Notes under the pieces: model-generated
What the model was told of the DNA's origin: nothing
The model's database searches: none
Seen by the model: the letters and a program-made list of their open reading frames with translations, nothing else
Assembly: GCA_029907465.1 (NCBI GenBank)
Contig: JARYLV010000003.1
Span: 3,871 to 67,870 of the forward strand
Direction: 5' to 3'
Source of the DNA: Methanomassiliicoccales archaeon
GTDB lineage: Archaea; Thermoplasmatota; Thermoplasmata; Methanomassiliicoccales; JACIVX01
Length of the DNA stretch: 64,000 nucleotides
Program-made: the position numbers and the translations under genes
Shown: positions 9,454 through 18,615 of the stretch, piece by piece
Layout: each line of letters begins with the position of its first letter
Position numbering within the stretch: the first letter of the stretch is position 1

Positions 9454-9965
9454 CTCTCCCCCTCCATCAGTGCTTTGCCCAGGCGAATGAATGCTTCTTG
9501 AACGCCCTCGCCAGTTTTCGCACTCGTTTTTACAAATCCCTGGCCAAGCACATTCGCAATTTCAGCAAGCGTCACATCAGAAACCTGATTCTCAAGATCA
9601 TTCTTGTTCGCAATTGCCAAAACTGGAACAGATCCAACCACTCTGAAAAAATCGTCTCGCCATTCGACTAAATTCCTTATCGTTTCCTCTCTCGTCAAAT
9701 CGCAAACGAGTAATGCCCCGTTTGCACCCTTATAGTAGGCATGATGGAGCGTCCGATGCGTCTTTTGACCAAGAATATCCCATATCATCAAGGTGAGCTC
9801 GACTTCCCCAAGGTCAAGGACTTTCTTCGTTACCTTTGTGCCGAAGCTCGTGATATATTCATCGCTGAAGAAATCATACACGAATCTGCGGACTAGACTT
9901 GTCTTTCCTACGCCACCATCGCCAAGCAAGCAAATTTTACGGATGAATTTCTTCTTTTTCATCAC
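9450..9965 (-). CDS. small Ras/Rab-like GTPase
   Basis: All five G motifs are present: G1 GDGGVGKTS, a switch I T, G3 WDILGQ, G4 NKND and G5 SAKTGEGV. Confidence 0.85.
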   Translation of the reverse strand: MMKKKKFIRKICLLGDGGVGKTSLVRRFVYDFFSDEYITSFGTKVTKKVLDLGEVELTLMIWDILGQKTHRTLHHAYYKGANGALLVCDLTREETIRNLVEWRDDFFRVVGSVPVLAIANKNDLENQVSDVTLAEIANVLGQGFVKTSAKTGEGVQEAFIRLGKALMEGES

Positions 9966-10076
9966 ACTTGAGTCGATATCAGTACCACTCTATTTAATGA
10001 TTGACCGTCAATCGAAGGCTCCAGATCAAACATCGATGTACTACAATACACATGGAAGTCAGTCAATATTTAGTCC

Positions 10077-10844
10077 TCAACCATAAATAAGAGACTCATC
10101 TCCAATCCTTCTCGGCTGTCTTACACTCTCGAGCGCCGCTTTCATTTGTTGTTCGATCTGCTCCGCCTCCTTATATAATGGTTCGGGATCGAGTTTCAGT
10201 TCTGGGAGCATTTTTGCAACTATCTCGAGAAGCCGTGCCGCTCCTCTCGCATCAGGATAATCAAGCCGCGCTGGACCGAGCAGACATATTACATCGATCC
10301 CGAGGCGTTCTCCCTCATACAGCAGGACACCGGAGATCCCAGAAACCATTCCCTCCTTCATCTCTTTGACACCATACTTCTCCAGCATCTCGCGAGTTCG
10401 TGGCGTACTTGCGACTCCATAAATCGGGACTTCCCCCTCTACCTCCCCAATATTTATACCCTCAAGAGTGAGAATCGTGCCGATTTCCTTTTCCTTACAC
10501 CATTGGAGTATTAGGTCCGCAACGGGCTTGATGAGGTCAGGTCGTGGAATAAACTCGGACATAATCACAACGAGCTGGTCGCATCGAATTCCATCATCGC
10601 ACGCCCTCTCTCCTGCATAAATGCGGACAGGGGAGGAGGGAATACCATCATGGACGATCGTATATGGAGGGAAATCTTTGGAAATCATTGTGGCGATCCT
10701 CTCGAGCTTCATCGTTCTCGAAACAAAATTCGCAGCGATCGAGCCAACAAGCCCGACACTTGGAAATCCGATAACCGCCATTGCCTTCGGATATTTTCCG
10801 TATTTATATTCATTGATGAAAGGATCTGGTTCCATAATCTTCAT
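10077..10844 (-). CDS. PAC2-family proteasome assembly chaperone (COG1938-type)
   Basis: The N-terminal AVIGFPSVGLVGSIAANF and the overall pattern are typical of archaeal PAC2 proteins. Confidence 0.75.
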   Translation of the reverse strand: MKIMEPDPFINEYKYGKYPKAMAVIGFPSVGLVGSIAANFVSRTMKLERIATMISKDFPPYTIVHDGIPSSPVRIYAGERACDDGIRCDQLVVIMSEFIPRPDLIKPVADLILQWCKEKEIGTILTLEGINIGEVEGEVPIYGVASTPRTREMLEKYGVKEMKEGMVSGISGVLLYEGERLGIDVICLLGPARLDYPDARGAARLLEIVAKMLPELKLDPEPLYKEAEQIEQQMKAALESVRQPRRIGDESLIYG

Positions 10845-11126
10845 TCCCTTATCCGAATAAGAGTTGCGTTCCTACTTAATTCTTGCCTTTATCAAATTGA
10901 GATCGATCGTTCATAAAACTCTTGGGAATAGATCACCAGCGGCTTAATAGACGACGACGGCCCGTCGTCTTTTTCTTGAAGAGGAATGTCCACTTCGGGA
11001 ATTGCACACACAGGATTCGTACGGGAAGAGACATCTCTTCAGAGTTGCTAAATTGAGTTGATGCAATCATTTCGAATGACCAAGCTTTCGAAAAGTCTAA
11101 ACGGTGGTTGATGCACTTCCATTCCC

Positions 11127-12404
11127 GTGTACGGAAAAAAGGTATCGCTTCATTACACGCCCGCAAGGATTCCCGTCGTTATCGAAGAAAGACCTTATGC
11201 AAGGACGGTGGCACTCTCAATCTATATCACGGTAGGATCCAGAGATGAGCCAAGAGGACGAGAAGGCATTGCCCATCTACTGGAACATGTGATATTCAAA
11301 GGAACTAAGAACATGACATCGAAAGAAACTTCAGAGCTCATTGAGGCGGCTGGCGGGGAACTCAACGGATATACGGGTAAAGAGATGACTTGTTATTATA
11401 CAGTGACTTTATCTGAAACTGTTGAAACAGCGCAGAGAATTCTCGCAGACACCGTTCTTAATCCACTGTTGGAAAAGGATGCTATTGAAATTGAGAAAGA
11501 TGTTGTCGCCGATGAAATCAGAATGCTTCAAGATGAGCCAGACGATTATATTCACTACCTGCTGACACGCGCGATCTGGGATGGACATCCTATGGCGTTT
11601 TCAGAAGCGGGCGAAATAGACGGTGTAAACCTTATTTCAGATAGAGAACTCAGAGAGTTTTATGAAAGATTCTATCGGCCGTCTAATTTTGTCATTACCG
11701 CATGTGGAAGAGTAAATAGCCAAAAAATCTTGGAGTGGGCTGCGGAAAGTTTTGATGAAGGGGCTACGAAAACTACGACAAAAAATCGCATACCTCCAAC
11801 TCCTAGATCGTGCGTCGAACTATTTCCTCGAAAGGGCGAACAAACGTACGTTGGAATTGGCTTCCCAGGATATTTTGCCGGGCATCCTGATAGATTTGCA
11901 CAGACCCTTCTTAGCGCTATTCTCGGTGGAGGTACAAGCTCGAGGCTCTACCAGAACATCAGAGAGAAAAGAGGTCTCGTATACTCAATTTACACAACTT
12001 CGCAACCTTATAGTGATTGTGGACTCTTTGGAATTTTTTTCTCAGCGAAATCATCGAGAACAGAAACCGTTTGCAGAGCTGTTGGCGAAGAGATAGGCAA
12101 ACTCAAGAATGATGGCCTGGAGGGCGATGAATTAACGAGGGCAAAGCGCTTTATCAAAGGAATGCTCGTGAGGAAGCTCGAATCAACTGAGTCGAGAATG
12201 TTCCATTTGGGAGAATTCTTCGTACTTACAGGTAAAATCCCGACCGAAGCTGAGATTTTATCCAATCTCGAAAGGATTACGGAAGAAGACATTGCACGAG
12301 CAGCAGAAAAACTGCTCGACCGGAACAAAACCTGCGTTGCAATTTACGGATCACCTGATGGTAACAACAGTACTCGGGAAGGAATCGATTGTCTTGACTT
12401 CTAG
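11127..12404 (+). CDS. M16 (pitrilysin/insulinase) family zinc peptidase
   Basis: It carries the inverted zinc motif HxxEH (HLLEHVIFKGT). The length and fold pattern fit M16. The start appears to be GTG. Confidence 0.85.
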   Translation: MYGKKVSLHYTPARIPVVIEERPYARTVALSIYITVGSRDEPRGREGIAHLLEHVIFKGTKNMTSKETSELIEAAGGELNGYTGKEMTCYYTVTLSETVETAQRILADTVLNPLLEKDAIEIEKDVVADEIRMLQDEPDDYIHYLLTRAIWDGHPMAFSEAGEIDGVNLISDRELREFYERFYRPSNFVITACGRVNSQKILEWAAESFDEGATKTTTKNRIPPTPRSCVELFPRKGEQTYVGIGFPGYFAGHPDRFAQTLLSAILGGGTSSRLYQNIREKRGLVYSIYTTSQPYSDCGLFGIFFSAKSSRTETVCRAVGEEIGKLKNDGLEGDELTRAKRFIKGMLVRKLESTESRMFHLGEFFVLTGKIPTEAEILSNLERITEEDIARAAEKLLDRNKTCVAIYGSPDGNNSTREGIDCLDF

Positions 12405-12422
12405 ATTTGAATTTCTATCCAC

Positions 12423-12905
12423 TTATCTGCGCTTGCCCACGAGCCGCAGAACAACCTCAATCGCCTCAGGTATTGCCCTCTCCACCTCTGGCGAGATCTC
12501 TTCACTTATCGTTCTCGTGTCTATGACTTCAATTGCGACAAATGATATTCGCTTCGGCATTCTAAGGGGTTCTAGCATTCTTCCCAGTTCAATTGCTGTT
12601 GCGATGTTGACGTCATGAGGGTTCGTGCCATGGATCGTCGACACAAAATTCTCTTCTGAAAGGATGAAAATCGATCCTGGTGGTTTCATATTTGTCACGA
12701 TGCCGTCGATAATGACCACCACTTCATGATCTAACATCATTTCAATAAGATCCAATCCACTTGTGCTTACTTCCTTCACTTCAACGTCATCAAATTGAAA
12801 AGACTCAATCTGTTCAGCGACACGCAGACCAACAGAATCATCAGAAACGATAGGACTCCCGATACCGAGAACAAGAATCGGCTTTTTCCTTTCACTTGAA
12901 ACCAT
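12423..12905 (-). CDS. hydrogenase maturation endopeptidase (A31; HycI/FrhD/HyaD family)
   Basis: Family motifs present are ILVLGIGSPIVSDDSVGLRVAEQI, IIDGI and HGTNPHDV. The internal ATG at 12905 (MVSSERKKPILVLG) is preferred over the track start at 13028. Confidence 0.8.
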   Translation of the reverse strand: MVSSERKKPILVLGIGSPIVSDDSVGLRVAEQIESFQFDDVEVKEVSTSGLDLIEMMLDHEVVVIIDGIVTNMKPPGSIFILSEENFVSTIHGTNPHDVNIATAIELGRMLEPLRMPKRISFVAIEVIDTRTISEEISPEVERAIPEAIEVVLRLVGKRR

Positions 12906-13171
12906 TTCGTTCGGACATGAATTCCGATCGTGCACTTTTAGCTTACGGTCGAAAGACCCGTGATGATTAAGGATAAGACGCCATTTGACAGACAACCGAA
13001 AGGGGGTTGACCGACTATCCAAGAACAACGAAGAATTGGACTCCGCCCCAGCCCCTTTACCTCAGAAGTTCTTCACTCACTGATTTGAGATGTATCGGTA
13101 TATGGGATTTTTTAAGAAAGGTGGGTCTAAGGGGGACATCTATATGCTCTCCTATATCAATAAGAAGGCTT

Positions 13172-13999
13172 ATGAAAATCGAGCCCCAGGTGTCGCTCAT
13201 TGTAGACGGTGCACATGTTACAACAAGAACCATTGAGGTTCTCATGGCGATATTAAAGGAGGGGAGTCAAAAAGGAGCAGCCAAGATGCTAAACATCTCC
13301 ATACCTGTTTTGCATCGCTACCTCAAGAAGCTCGAGAAGAACCTCGGCACAGCTATTATGAAGACCACCCACATCGGAACGGAGCTAACCGACGAGGGAA
13401 AACAGATAGTGATGGAGTATATAGCTCTAAAATCAAAACTGGCGCGTCCGAACCGCCTTGTCGTCGGTGGGACAATTATCACTGAAGACTTGCTGCTATG
13501 GGCACTAACAAATTTTGATAAAGAAGGTGATATTGATCTTATTATTTCCAATGATGAACGAAACATCCAGGACTTCAAAGCGGGACTGATGGACCTCGTC
13601 GTCCTTGACGATCCTCTTTATGTCTACGACTTGGAAAACGTCAAATGGGAAGAAATAGGAGAAGACAGATTAATCCATGTCGACCGTGGTAGCCGTTACA
13701 TGAAATTCATGTACGGCGCACAACGGATCGGCTTCAAACACCTTGAGAGCAGTGGAGTACCATATGAGGTCAAGGGAGTTACAAGGTATCTTCCAGCACT
13801 CGTCCAATCGCCGTTTAGCTTCTTTATTAATGAAAGCCTACTTGCGAGAAGGGGATTGAAGATCAAAAGCGCAACACCACCGAATTTACTCAAGCACAAA
13901 ATCATTGCGATCTACCGGGAAGAAAAAGACGAAATTCTCCGGTTTGTCAAGGAGTTGTCGATGCAAAAAATACGGTTAGGGATTGACCAAAAAGGGTAA
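13172..13999 (+). CDS. LysR/ModE-type HTH regulator with a substrate-binding-like C-terminal domain
   Basis: The HTH reads GSQKGAAKMLNISIPVLHRYLKKLEKNLG. ATG 13172 (MKIEPQ...) is preferred over the track start at 13007, which would overlap the divergent gene. Confidence 0.6.
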   Translation: MKIEPQVSLIVDGAHVTTRTIEVLMAILKEGSQKGAAKMLNISIPVLHRYLKKLEKNLGTAIMKTTHIGTELTDEGKQIVMEYIALKSKLARPNRLVVGGTIITEDLLLWALTNFDKEGDIDLIISNDERNIQDFKAGLMDLVVLDDPLYVYDLENVKWEEIGEDRLIHVDRGSRYMKFMYGAQRIGFKHLESSGVPYEVKGVTRYLPALVQSPFSFFINESLLARRGLKIKSATPPNLLKHKIIAIYREEKDEILRFVKELSMQKIRLGIDQKG

Positions 14000-14573
14000 A
14001 TGCCGAACGATTTTTCCATATCCATTATATAAGAAAAAGAACATCAATTCGTCAGGTGATAAATTGGCCACCGTTAAAGAGCCCAATCCAGCTTTTGCCG
14101 AAAGCATAATTAAGGCCGGCGGAAAGACGCTGAACCTCTGTTATCAATGTGGGACATGTACGGCGAGCTGCCCATCTGGCAGACAGACAGCATTCAGAAC
14201 GAGGAAGCTCATCAGAAAGGCGCAACTCGGACTCAAGGAAGACATACTTCCCTCTGATGATCTCTGGATGTGCACGACCTGTTACACATGCGTGGAGCGG
14301 TGCCCTCGTCAAGTCGACATCACGGACATCATCATGATACTAAGGAATTTTGCAGTTAAAGAGGGGTACATGGCAGAGACTCATAAGAAAACTGCTTCAT
14401 CGATGATGAACACCGGTCATACGATTCCACTGACCAGCGATTACAAGGAAATGAGGCAACGCCTTGGCTTATCTGAACAACCTCCGACTGTTCTGAGCGA
14501 TCCTAAGGCGCTCGAGGATTGGAAAAAGATCATGCGGATTACGGGTTTTGATAAGCTCATAGGAGGTAACTAG
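13983..14573 (+). CDS. hdrC: heterodisulfide reductase subunit C-like 2x[4Fe-4S] protein
   Basis: Cluster motifs are CYQCGTCTASCP and CTTCYTCVERCP. The start is uncertain: TTG 13983 or in-frame TTG 14064. No in-frame ATG precedes the conserved region. Confidence 0.8.
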   Translation: MTKKGKCRTIFPYPLYKKKNINSSGDKLATVKEPNPAFAESIIKAGGKTLNLCYQCGTCTASCPSGRQTAFRTRKLIRKAQLGLKEDILPSDDLWMCTTCYTCVERCPRQVDITDIIMILRNFAVKEGYMAETHKKTASSMMNTGHTIPLTSDYKEMRQRLGLSEQPPTVLSDPKALEDWKKIMRITGFDKLIGGN

Positions 14574-15428
14574 ATGACAGAAAAATACGCGCTCTTTCTT
14601 GGCTGTATCGCCCCTTTGAGATATCCTGGGATTGAGAAAGCGACAAGGGAAGTCTTCAAAGCCCTCGATGTTGAGCTCGTCGATCTCGAAGGTGCAGGGT
14701 GCTGTCCCGCACCAGGTGTCATAAGATCTTTTGACCAAAAGACGTGGCTCGCACTTGCGGCAAGGAACCTGGCCCTTGCTGAAAAGAAAGGACTGGACAT
14801 CATCACAATATGCAACGGTTGCTTCGGTTCGCTCTTCGATGCGGCTCATTTACTTCATGAAGACAAAGAAAAGGCCAAGGAAGTTAACAGAATTCTGAAA
14901 GAAGTCAATCTTGAGTATGTCGGCGATAAGATCAGGGTACGCCATTTTGCGGATGTCCTCCATAAAGATATCGGGATCGAGAGAATCAAGTCGAAAGTTG
15001 TCAATCCATTGAATTTCAAGGCTGCAGTGCACTACGGTTGCCATTTTGCAAAACCCAGCAAGATCAAGCAGCTCGATGATCCAGAGAGGCCGAGCATTCT
15101 AGACGAATTAGTCGAAGCTGTCGGCCCAAAGAGCATCAACTACCGTGACAAAATGATGTGTTGCGGCGCTGGTGGCGGTTTGAGATCTAGGGCGAACGAG
15201 ATAGCCATGAAAATGACCGAGGAAAAGCTCGCAAACATCAAGAAGGCAGGTGGACAGTTTATCATTGATGTGTGTCCTTTCTGTCATCTGCAATACGACA
15301 GAACACAGAAGGATGTTCCCGGTTACAACATACCAGTTGTCCATCTTTCACAGCTTTATGGAATGGCATTTGGGCTTCCAAGGGAGAATATGGGATTCGA
15401 GTCGCACATCGTGCCAGTTAATCTCTGA
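14574..15428 (+). CDS. hdrB: heterodisulfide reductase subunit B-like protein with two CCG domains
   Basis: CCG motifs are present (GAGCCPAPG, MMCCGAGGG, CPFCHLQ). The ATG directly abuts the hdrC stop. Confidence 0.85.
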   Translation: MTEKYALFLGCIAPLRYPGIEKATREVFKALDVELVDLEGAGCCPAPGVIRSFDQKTWLALAARNLALAEKKGLDIITICNGCFGSLFDAAHLLHEDKEKAKEVNRILKEVNLEYVGDKIRVRHFADVLHKDIGIERIKSKVVNPLNFKAAVHYGCHFAKPSKIKQLDDPERPSILDELVEAVGPKSINYRDKMMCCGAGGGLRSRANEIAMKMTEEKLANIKKAGGQFIIDVCPFCHLQYDRTQKDVPGYNIPVVHLSQLYGMAFGLPRENMGFESHIVPVNL

Positions 15429-15437
15429 GGTGCCGAT

Positions 15438-15719
15438 TTGTACAGGGCACACCTCGTATCAATCACGACGGCAGGCAGCGTCCCAGATAATTTGAAGGGA
15501 TTCATTAACTTCCAAGCAGCCTACGAAGGCCACGATGTTAATGAGAACGAGAAGGTTGCACTCCTGGTCATTGAAGGTACGGCTTCATACGTCGTAATAT
15601 TCCTTGACCGAGAAAGAAGCCTTGAAGAAATTGAAGATCGACTTGCACGCCAAAAAGCCGAAATGACCTCAGACACAAGAAATGCGATCTCGAAAAACAT
15701 CAGCGCAAGACCAGAGTAG
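15438..15719 (+). CDS. small hypothetical protein (93 aa, TTG start) downstream of hdrB
   Basis: The ORF begins 10 nt after the hdrB stop and is followed by a strong oligo-T tract. I recognise no domain. Confidence 0.35.
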   Translation: MYRAHLVSITTAGSVPDNLKGFINFQAAYEGHDVNENEKVALLVIEGTASYVVIFLDRERSLEEIEDRLARQKAEMTSDTRNAISKNISARPE

Positions 15720-15729
15720 GCACTGGGTC

Positions 15730-15762
15730 TTTTTTCTCTCCCCTTTTTTCCACATTTTTTTC
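15730..15762 (+). terminator. archaeal-type oligo-T terminator region
   Basis: Three T runs (T6 at 15730-15735, T6 at 15745-15750, T7 at 15756-15762) lie immediately after the last ORF of the hdr cluster. Confidence 0.6.
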
Positions 15763-15915
15763 ATCTCTGGAAAATTCGAACTATTTCAATCAAGAATGCA
15801 CCCCGAACGTGCTAAAAAGGAGTCGATAATCGAGACTGAAACGGACCGTAAGTAATCGATGAAACGACGAGATTAAGGGAAATTATTAACAGGCCCTCAT
15901 ACTGATATCACGCCG

Positions 15916-16875
15916 ATGACTTCTCTCGCACATCTCGGAGAAAAAGAGGTTGTCAGGCGCCTGATAAATGAGATTAGTAGCACGGCCGCCGTTGGTCCAG
16001 GCGATGACGCTGCTGCGATCGATATGGGCGATTATTACCTCGTCATAAGCACTGATCTACTCTCTGAGAAGACACACAAACCTAAGGAAATGACATATCG
16101 ACAGTTCGGTTGGTCAGTAGCTGCCGTAAACTTCAGCGATATTGCGGCGATGGGGGCTAAACCGATTGGTATCCTCCTTTCATTTGGAGTACCGAAGAGA
16201 TTAAGATACGAGAACTTGAGAGAAATGATGAGAGGCGCCATGGAGTGCTGCAACTTAGTGGGCGCAACAATCCTAGGTGGGGATACAAAAGAAACATCGG
16301 AGATCACAGTGGTAGGCACCGCAATCGGTATTGTCGGAAAGGATGAGATTCTATTGAGGAAGGGCGCCAAATTGGGAGATCTGGTCGCTGTCACTGGTAC
16401 CCTAGGACTGGCAGCAGCAGGGTACTTCGCTTTGAAGAACGGTTTGAGGTGTGCCAAATGTCTAAAAGCGCTATTCGAACCGTTGCCGAGAGTTGAAGAG
16501 GGATTAACACTATCGTCATCTGGATTTGTGACCTCTTGCATCGATATTTCTGACGGACTTGCGTTCTCATTGAAGCACTTGTCGGAGGCAAGTGGCGTCT
16601 CGTTCCAGGTAGAGTGGGAGAAAATCCCTGTTGATTCCCATGTCTATAAGATCGCGAAAGCTTCGAAAATCAATGAGGAGGAACTGGTACTCTATTTCGG
16701 TGGCGATTACCAACTTCTATTCACGATCAATCCAGATGGCTGGAGAATATTGGAGAAGCGCCTCAATTCTAAAATATCAGTCATTGGGAAAGTCATTGAT
16801 GCAGATGAGAATATATTAATAAGAAACAACACAAAAGTTAAACTCGAGGACCGCGGATATGAACATTTCAGGTGA
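15916..16875 (+). CDS. thiL: thiamine-monophosphate kinase
   Basis: The protein has an AIR-synthase-related fold. Motifs include GPGDDAAAI and GGDT. Similarity to ThiL runs the full length. Confidence 0.85.
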   Translation: MTSLAHLGEKEVVRRLINEISSTAAVGPGDDAAAIDMGDYYLVISTDLLSEKTHKPKEMTYRQFGWSVAAVNFSDIAAMGAKPIGILLSFGVPKRLRYENLREMMRGAMECCNLVGATILGGDTKETSEITVVGTAIGIVGKDEILLRKGAKLGDLVAVTGTLGLAAAGYFALKNGLRCAKCLKALFEPLPRVEEGLTLSSSGFVTSCIDISDGLAFSLKHLSEASGVSFQVEWEKIPVDSHVYKIAKASKINEEELVLYFGGDYQLLFTINPDGWRILEKRLNSKISVIGKVIDADENILIRNNTKVKLEDRGYEHFR

Positions 16876-17884
16876 CCCCTTATTGAAGGAAGCCCGGTTT
16901 TGGAAATCACTGGATGGTAAAGTGCAGTGCAGCCTTTGTCCCCATTCGTGCGTTATTGCTCCAGGAAAAAAGGGTATTTGTGGTGTCAGGCAGAACCGCG
17001 ATGGGAGACTCTATTCCTTGATTTATGGAAAAGCGTCGTCAATTCATGTTGATCCGATCGAGAAGAAACCATTTTTCCATTACAGACCAGGCGACAAAGT
17101 GCTCTCACTTGGCTCCGTTGGGTGTACATTCAGGTGTCAACATTGTCAAAACTTCACCATTTCTCAGGCAAGTCCAGATGCTTTTCCACTCGAACCAATT
17201 GAGCCTGAAGAAGTTGCAATCATGTGTCGCAACACAGGGAGCCGGGGCATCTCCTGGACCTATAATGAACCGATCATCTGGCATGAGTTTGCATATGATG
17301 CCTCTAGAATTGCAAAGCAACATGGATTCTATATTCTCTATGTTACCAACGGATATATTCAGGAAGAACCATTAAAGGAGCTCTCTCAGTGTGTCGATGG
17401 AATGAATATCGATATTAAGGGATTTTCCGAGGAATTTTATAAGAAAATTTGCAAGGCGTCTCTTGGGCCAGTTCTCACGGCAACCAAATTGGCGGTCGAC
17501 CTTGGCATTCATGTGGAACTTACATATCTCATTATTCCAGGGAAGAACGATTCAGACGTCGAGATTAGGAATTTTGCGAAATGGGTGAGGGACTCGCTCA
17601 AGCCGGAAATTCCTGTTCATTTCACACGATTTCATCCTGATTATATGATGACGGACGTGCCGACTACACCAATGAGAACAATGGAGATGGCACTAAAGAT
17701 CGGCAAAGAAGAGGGGTTGAAGTTCGTTTATCTCGGCAATGTACCACGCCACAGGGGTGAAAACACATATTGCCCAAAATGTGGACAGCTTGCCATTGAG
17801 CGGGAGGGGTTTTACATCTTACGAATCGAGGTTGAGAACGGACGATGTAAAAATTGCGGAGAACCGCTTAATATCGTGATGTGA
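16859..17884 (+). CDS. AmmeMemoRadiSam-system radical SAM enzyme (PFL-activase-like)
   Basis: It has the radical SAM CxxxCxxC motif (GCTFRCQHCQN) and an N-terminal Cys cluster (CSLCPHSCVIAPGKKGICGVR). It overlaps the thiL 3' end by 17 nt. Confidence 0.8.
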   Translation: MNISGDPLLKEARFWKSLDGKVQCSLCPHSCVIAPGKKGICGVRQNRDGRLYSLIYGKASSIHVDPIEKKPFFHYRPGDKVLSLGSVGCTFRCQHCQNFTISQASPDAFPLEPIEPEEVAIMCRNTGSRGISWTYNEPIIWHEFAYDASRIAKQHGFYILYVTNGYIQEEPLKELSQCVDGMNIDIKGFSEEFYKKICKASLGPVLTATKLAVDLGIHVELTYLIIPGKNDSDVEIRNFAKWVRDSLKPEIPVHFTRFHPDYMMTDVPTTPMRTMEMALKIGKEEGLKFVYLGNVPRHRGENTYCPKCGQLAIEREGFYILRIEVENGRCKNCGEPLNIVM

Positions 17885-17967
17885 TCGCCGCTACTCCACC
17901 CGATCCGATCCTCCTAAAATTTGTTTCATGAACATCAATTTCTTAAACCTCGTTGCCTGATCAGCGA

Positions 17968-18615
17968 ATGATGGACCTCCAGAAGATTTACGACAGATTG
18001 CTATCAAAATTCGCCGTCGACAATTGGTGGCCTGCAGACTCTCAATTCGAAATCATGGTGGGAGCGATCCTCACGCAGCAGACGACGTGGGAGAAGGTTG
18101 AAGAAGTTATTAGGGAGATGAAGGCGCAAGGCCTTCTGGATGTAGTAACACTTGCGAGTATCGATCAAGAGAAGCTAGAGAAGATAATTATGCCGCTGGG
18201 ATTCTACCGACAAAAGGCTGAACGGATTAAATCCCTAGCTAGGTATATCCAAAATCATTATGGATCAGACCCATCTTTGCTCTTGACTAAACCTCTTGAG
18301 GAGGCAAGAAACGAGCTTTTGACGATAAAGGGGATCGGCAAAGAGACGGCGGATGCAATTCTTCTCTACGCTGGCCACAAAGAAACGTTTGTTGCTGCAA
18401 AATATTGTTGCAGGATTCTCATGAGAGTAGGCTTGGTCAAAACGGATAGATATGATGATGTAAAGCGATTCGTCGAGCAAAGCATCCCTCCAGATCCAAA
18501 GATCTACGCGAGACTCTATGCCCTTCTCGTCCAGCTTTCGAAGACCCATTGCCGCAACAAGCCCAAATGCAAAGATTGTCCACTTGAAGACATTTGTTCC
18601 TTTAAGCAATCATAA
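17968..18615 (+). CDS. endonuclease III-related HhH-GPD protein with an Fe-S cluster loop
   Basis: The HhH motif reads LLTIKGIGKETADAILLYA. The C-terminal Cys cluster reads CRNKPKCKDCPLEDIC. ATG 17968 is preferred over TTG 17953. Confidence 0.8.
   Translation: MMDLQKIYDRLLSKFAVDNWWPADSQFEIMVGAILTQQTTWEKVEEVIREMKAQGLLDVVTLASIDQEKLEKIIMPLGFYRQKAERIKSLARYIQNHYGSDPSLLLTKPLEEARNELLTIKGIGKETADAILLYAGHKETFVAAKYCCRILMRVGLVKTDRYDDVKRFVEQSIPPDPKIYARLYALLVQLSKTHCRNKPKCKDCPLEDICSFKQS

Noticed and set aside
10933-11166. A 77-codon minus-strand ORF in the divergent region between the PAC2 and M16 peptidase genes
   Set aside because: It overlaps the M16 peptidase 5' end and the promoter region, has no motif, and is probably spurious.
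13007-13171. Long N-terminal extensions in several track ORFs (for example 13007, 12906-13028, 25350, 26354, 38668-38748, 47447-47557, 53580-53702 and 58520)
   Set aside because: The extensions overlap neighbouring genes or lack similarity to the families concerned. Internal ATGs line up with conserved N-termini and with Shine-Dalgarno sequences or stop-start overlaps, so the shorter models were used.
15763-15915. A possible TPP riboswitch upstream of thiL
   Set aside because: I looked for the conserved CUGAGA and ACCUGAUCUGGAUAAUGCCAGCG-like elements and found neither. The region looks like an ordinary promoter spacer.
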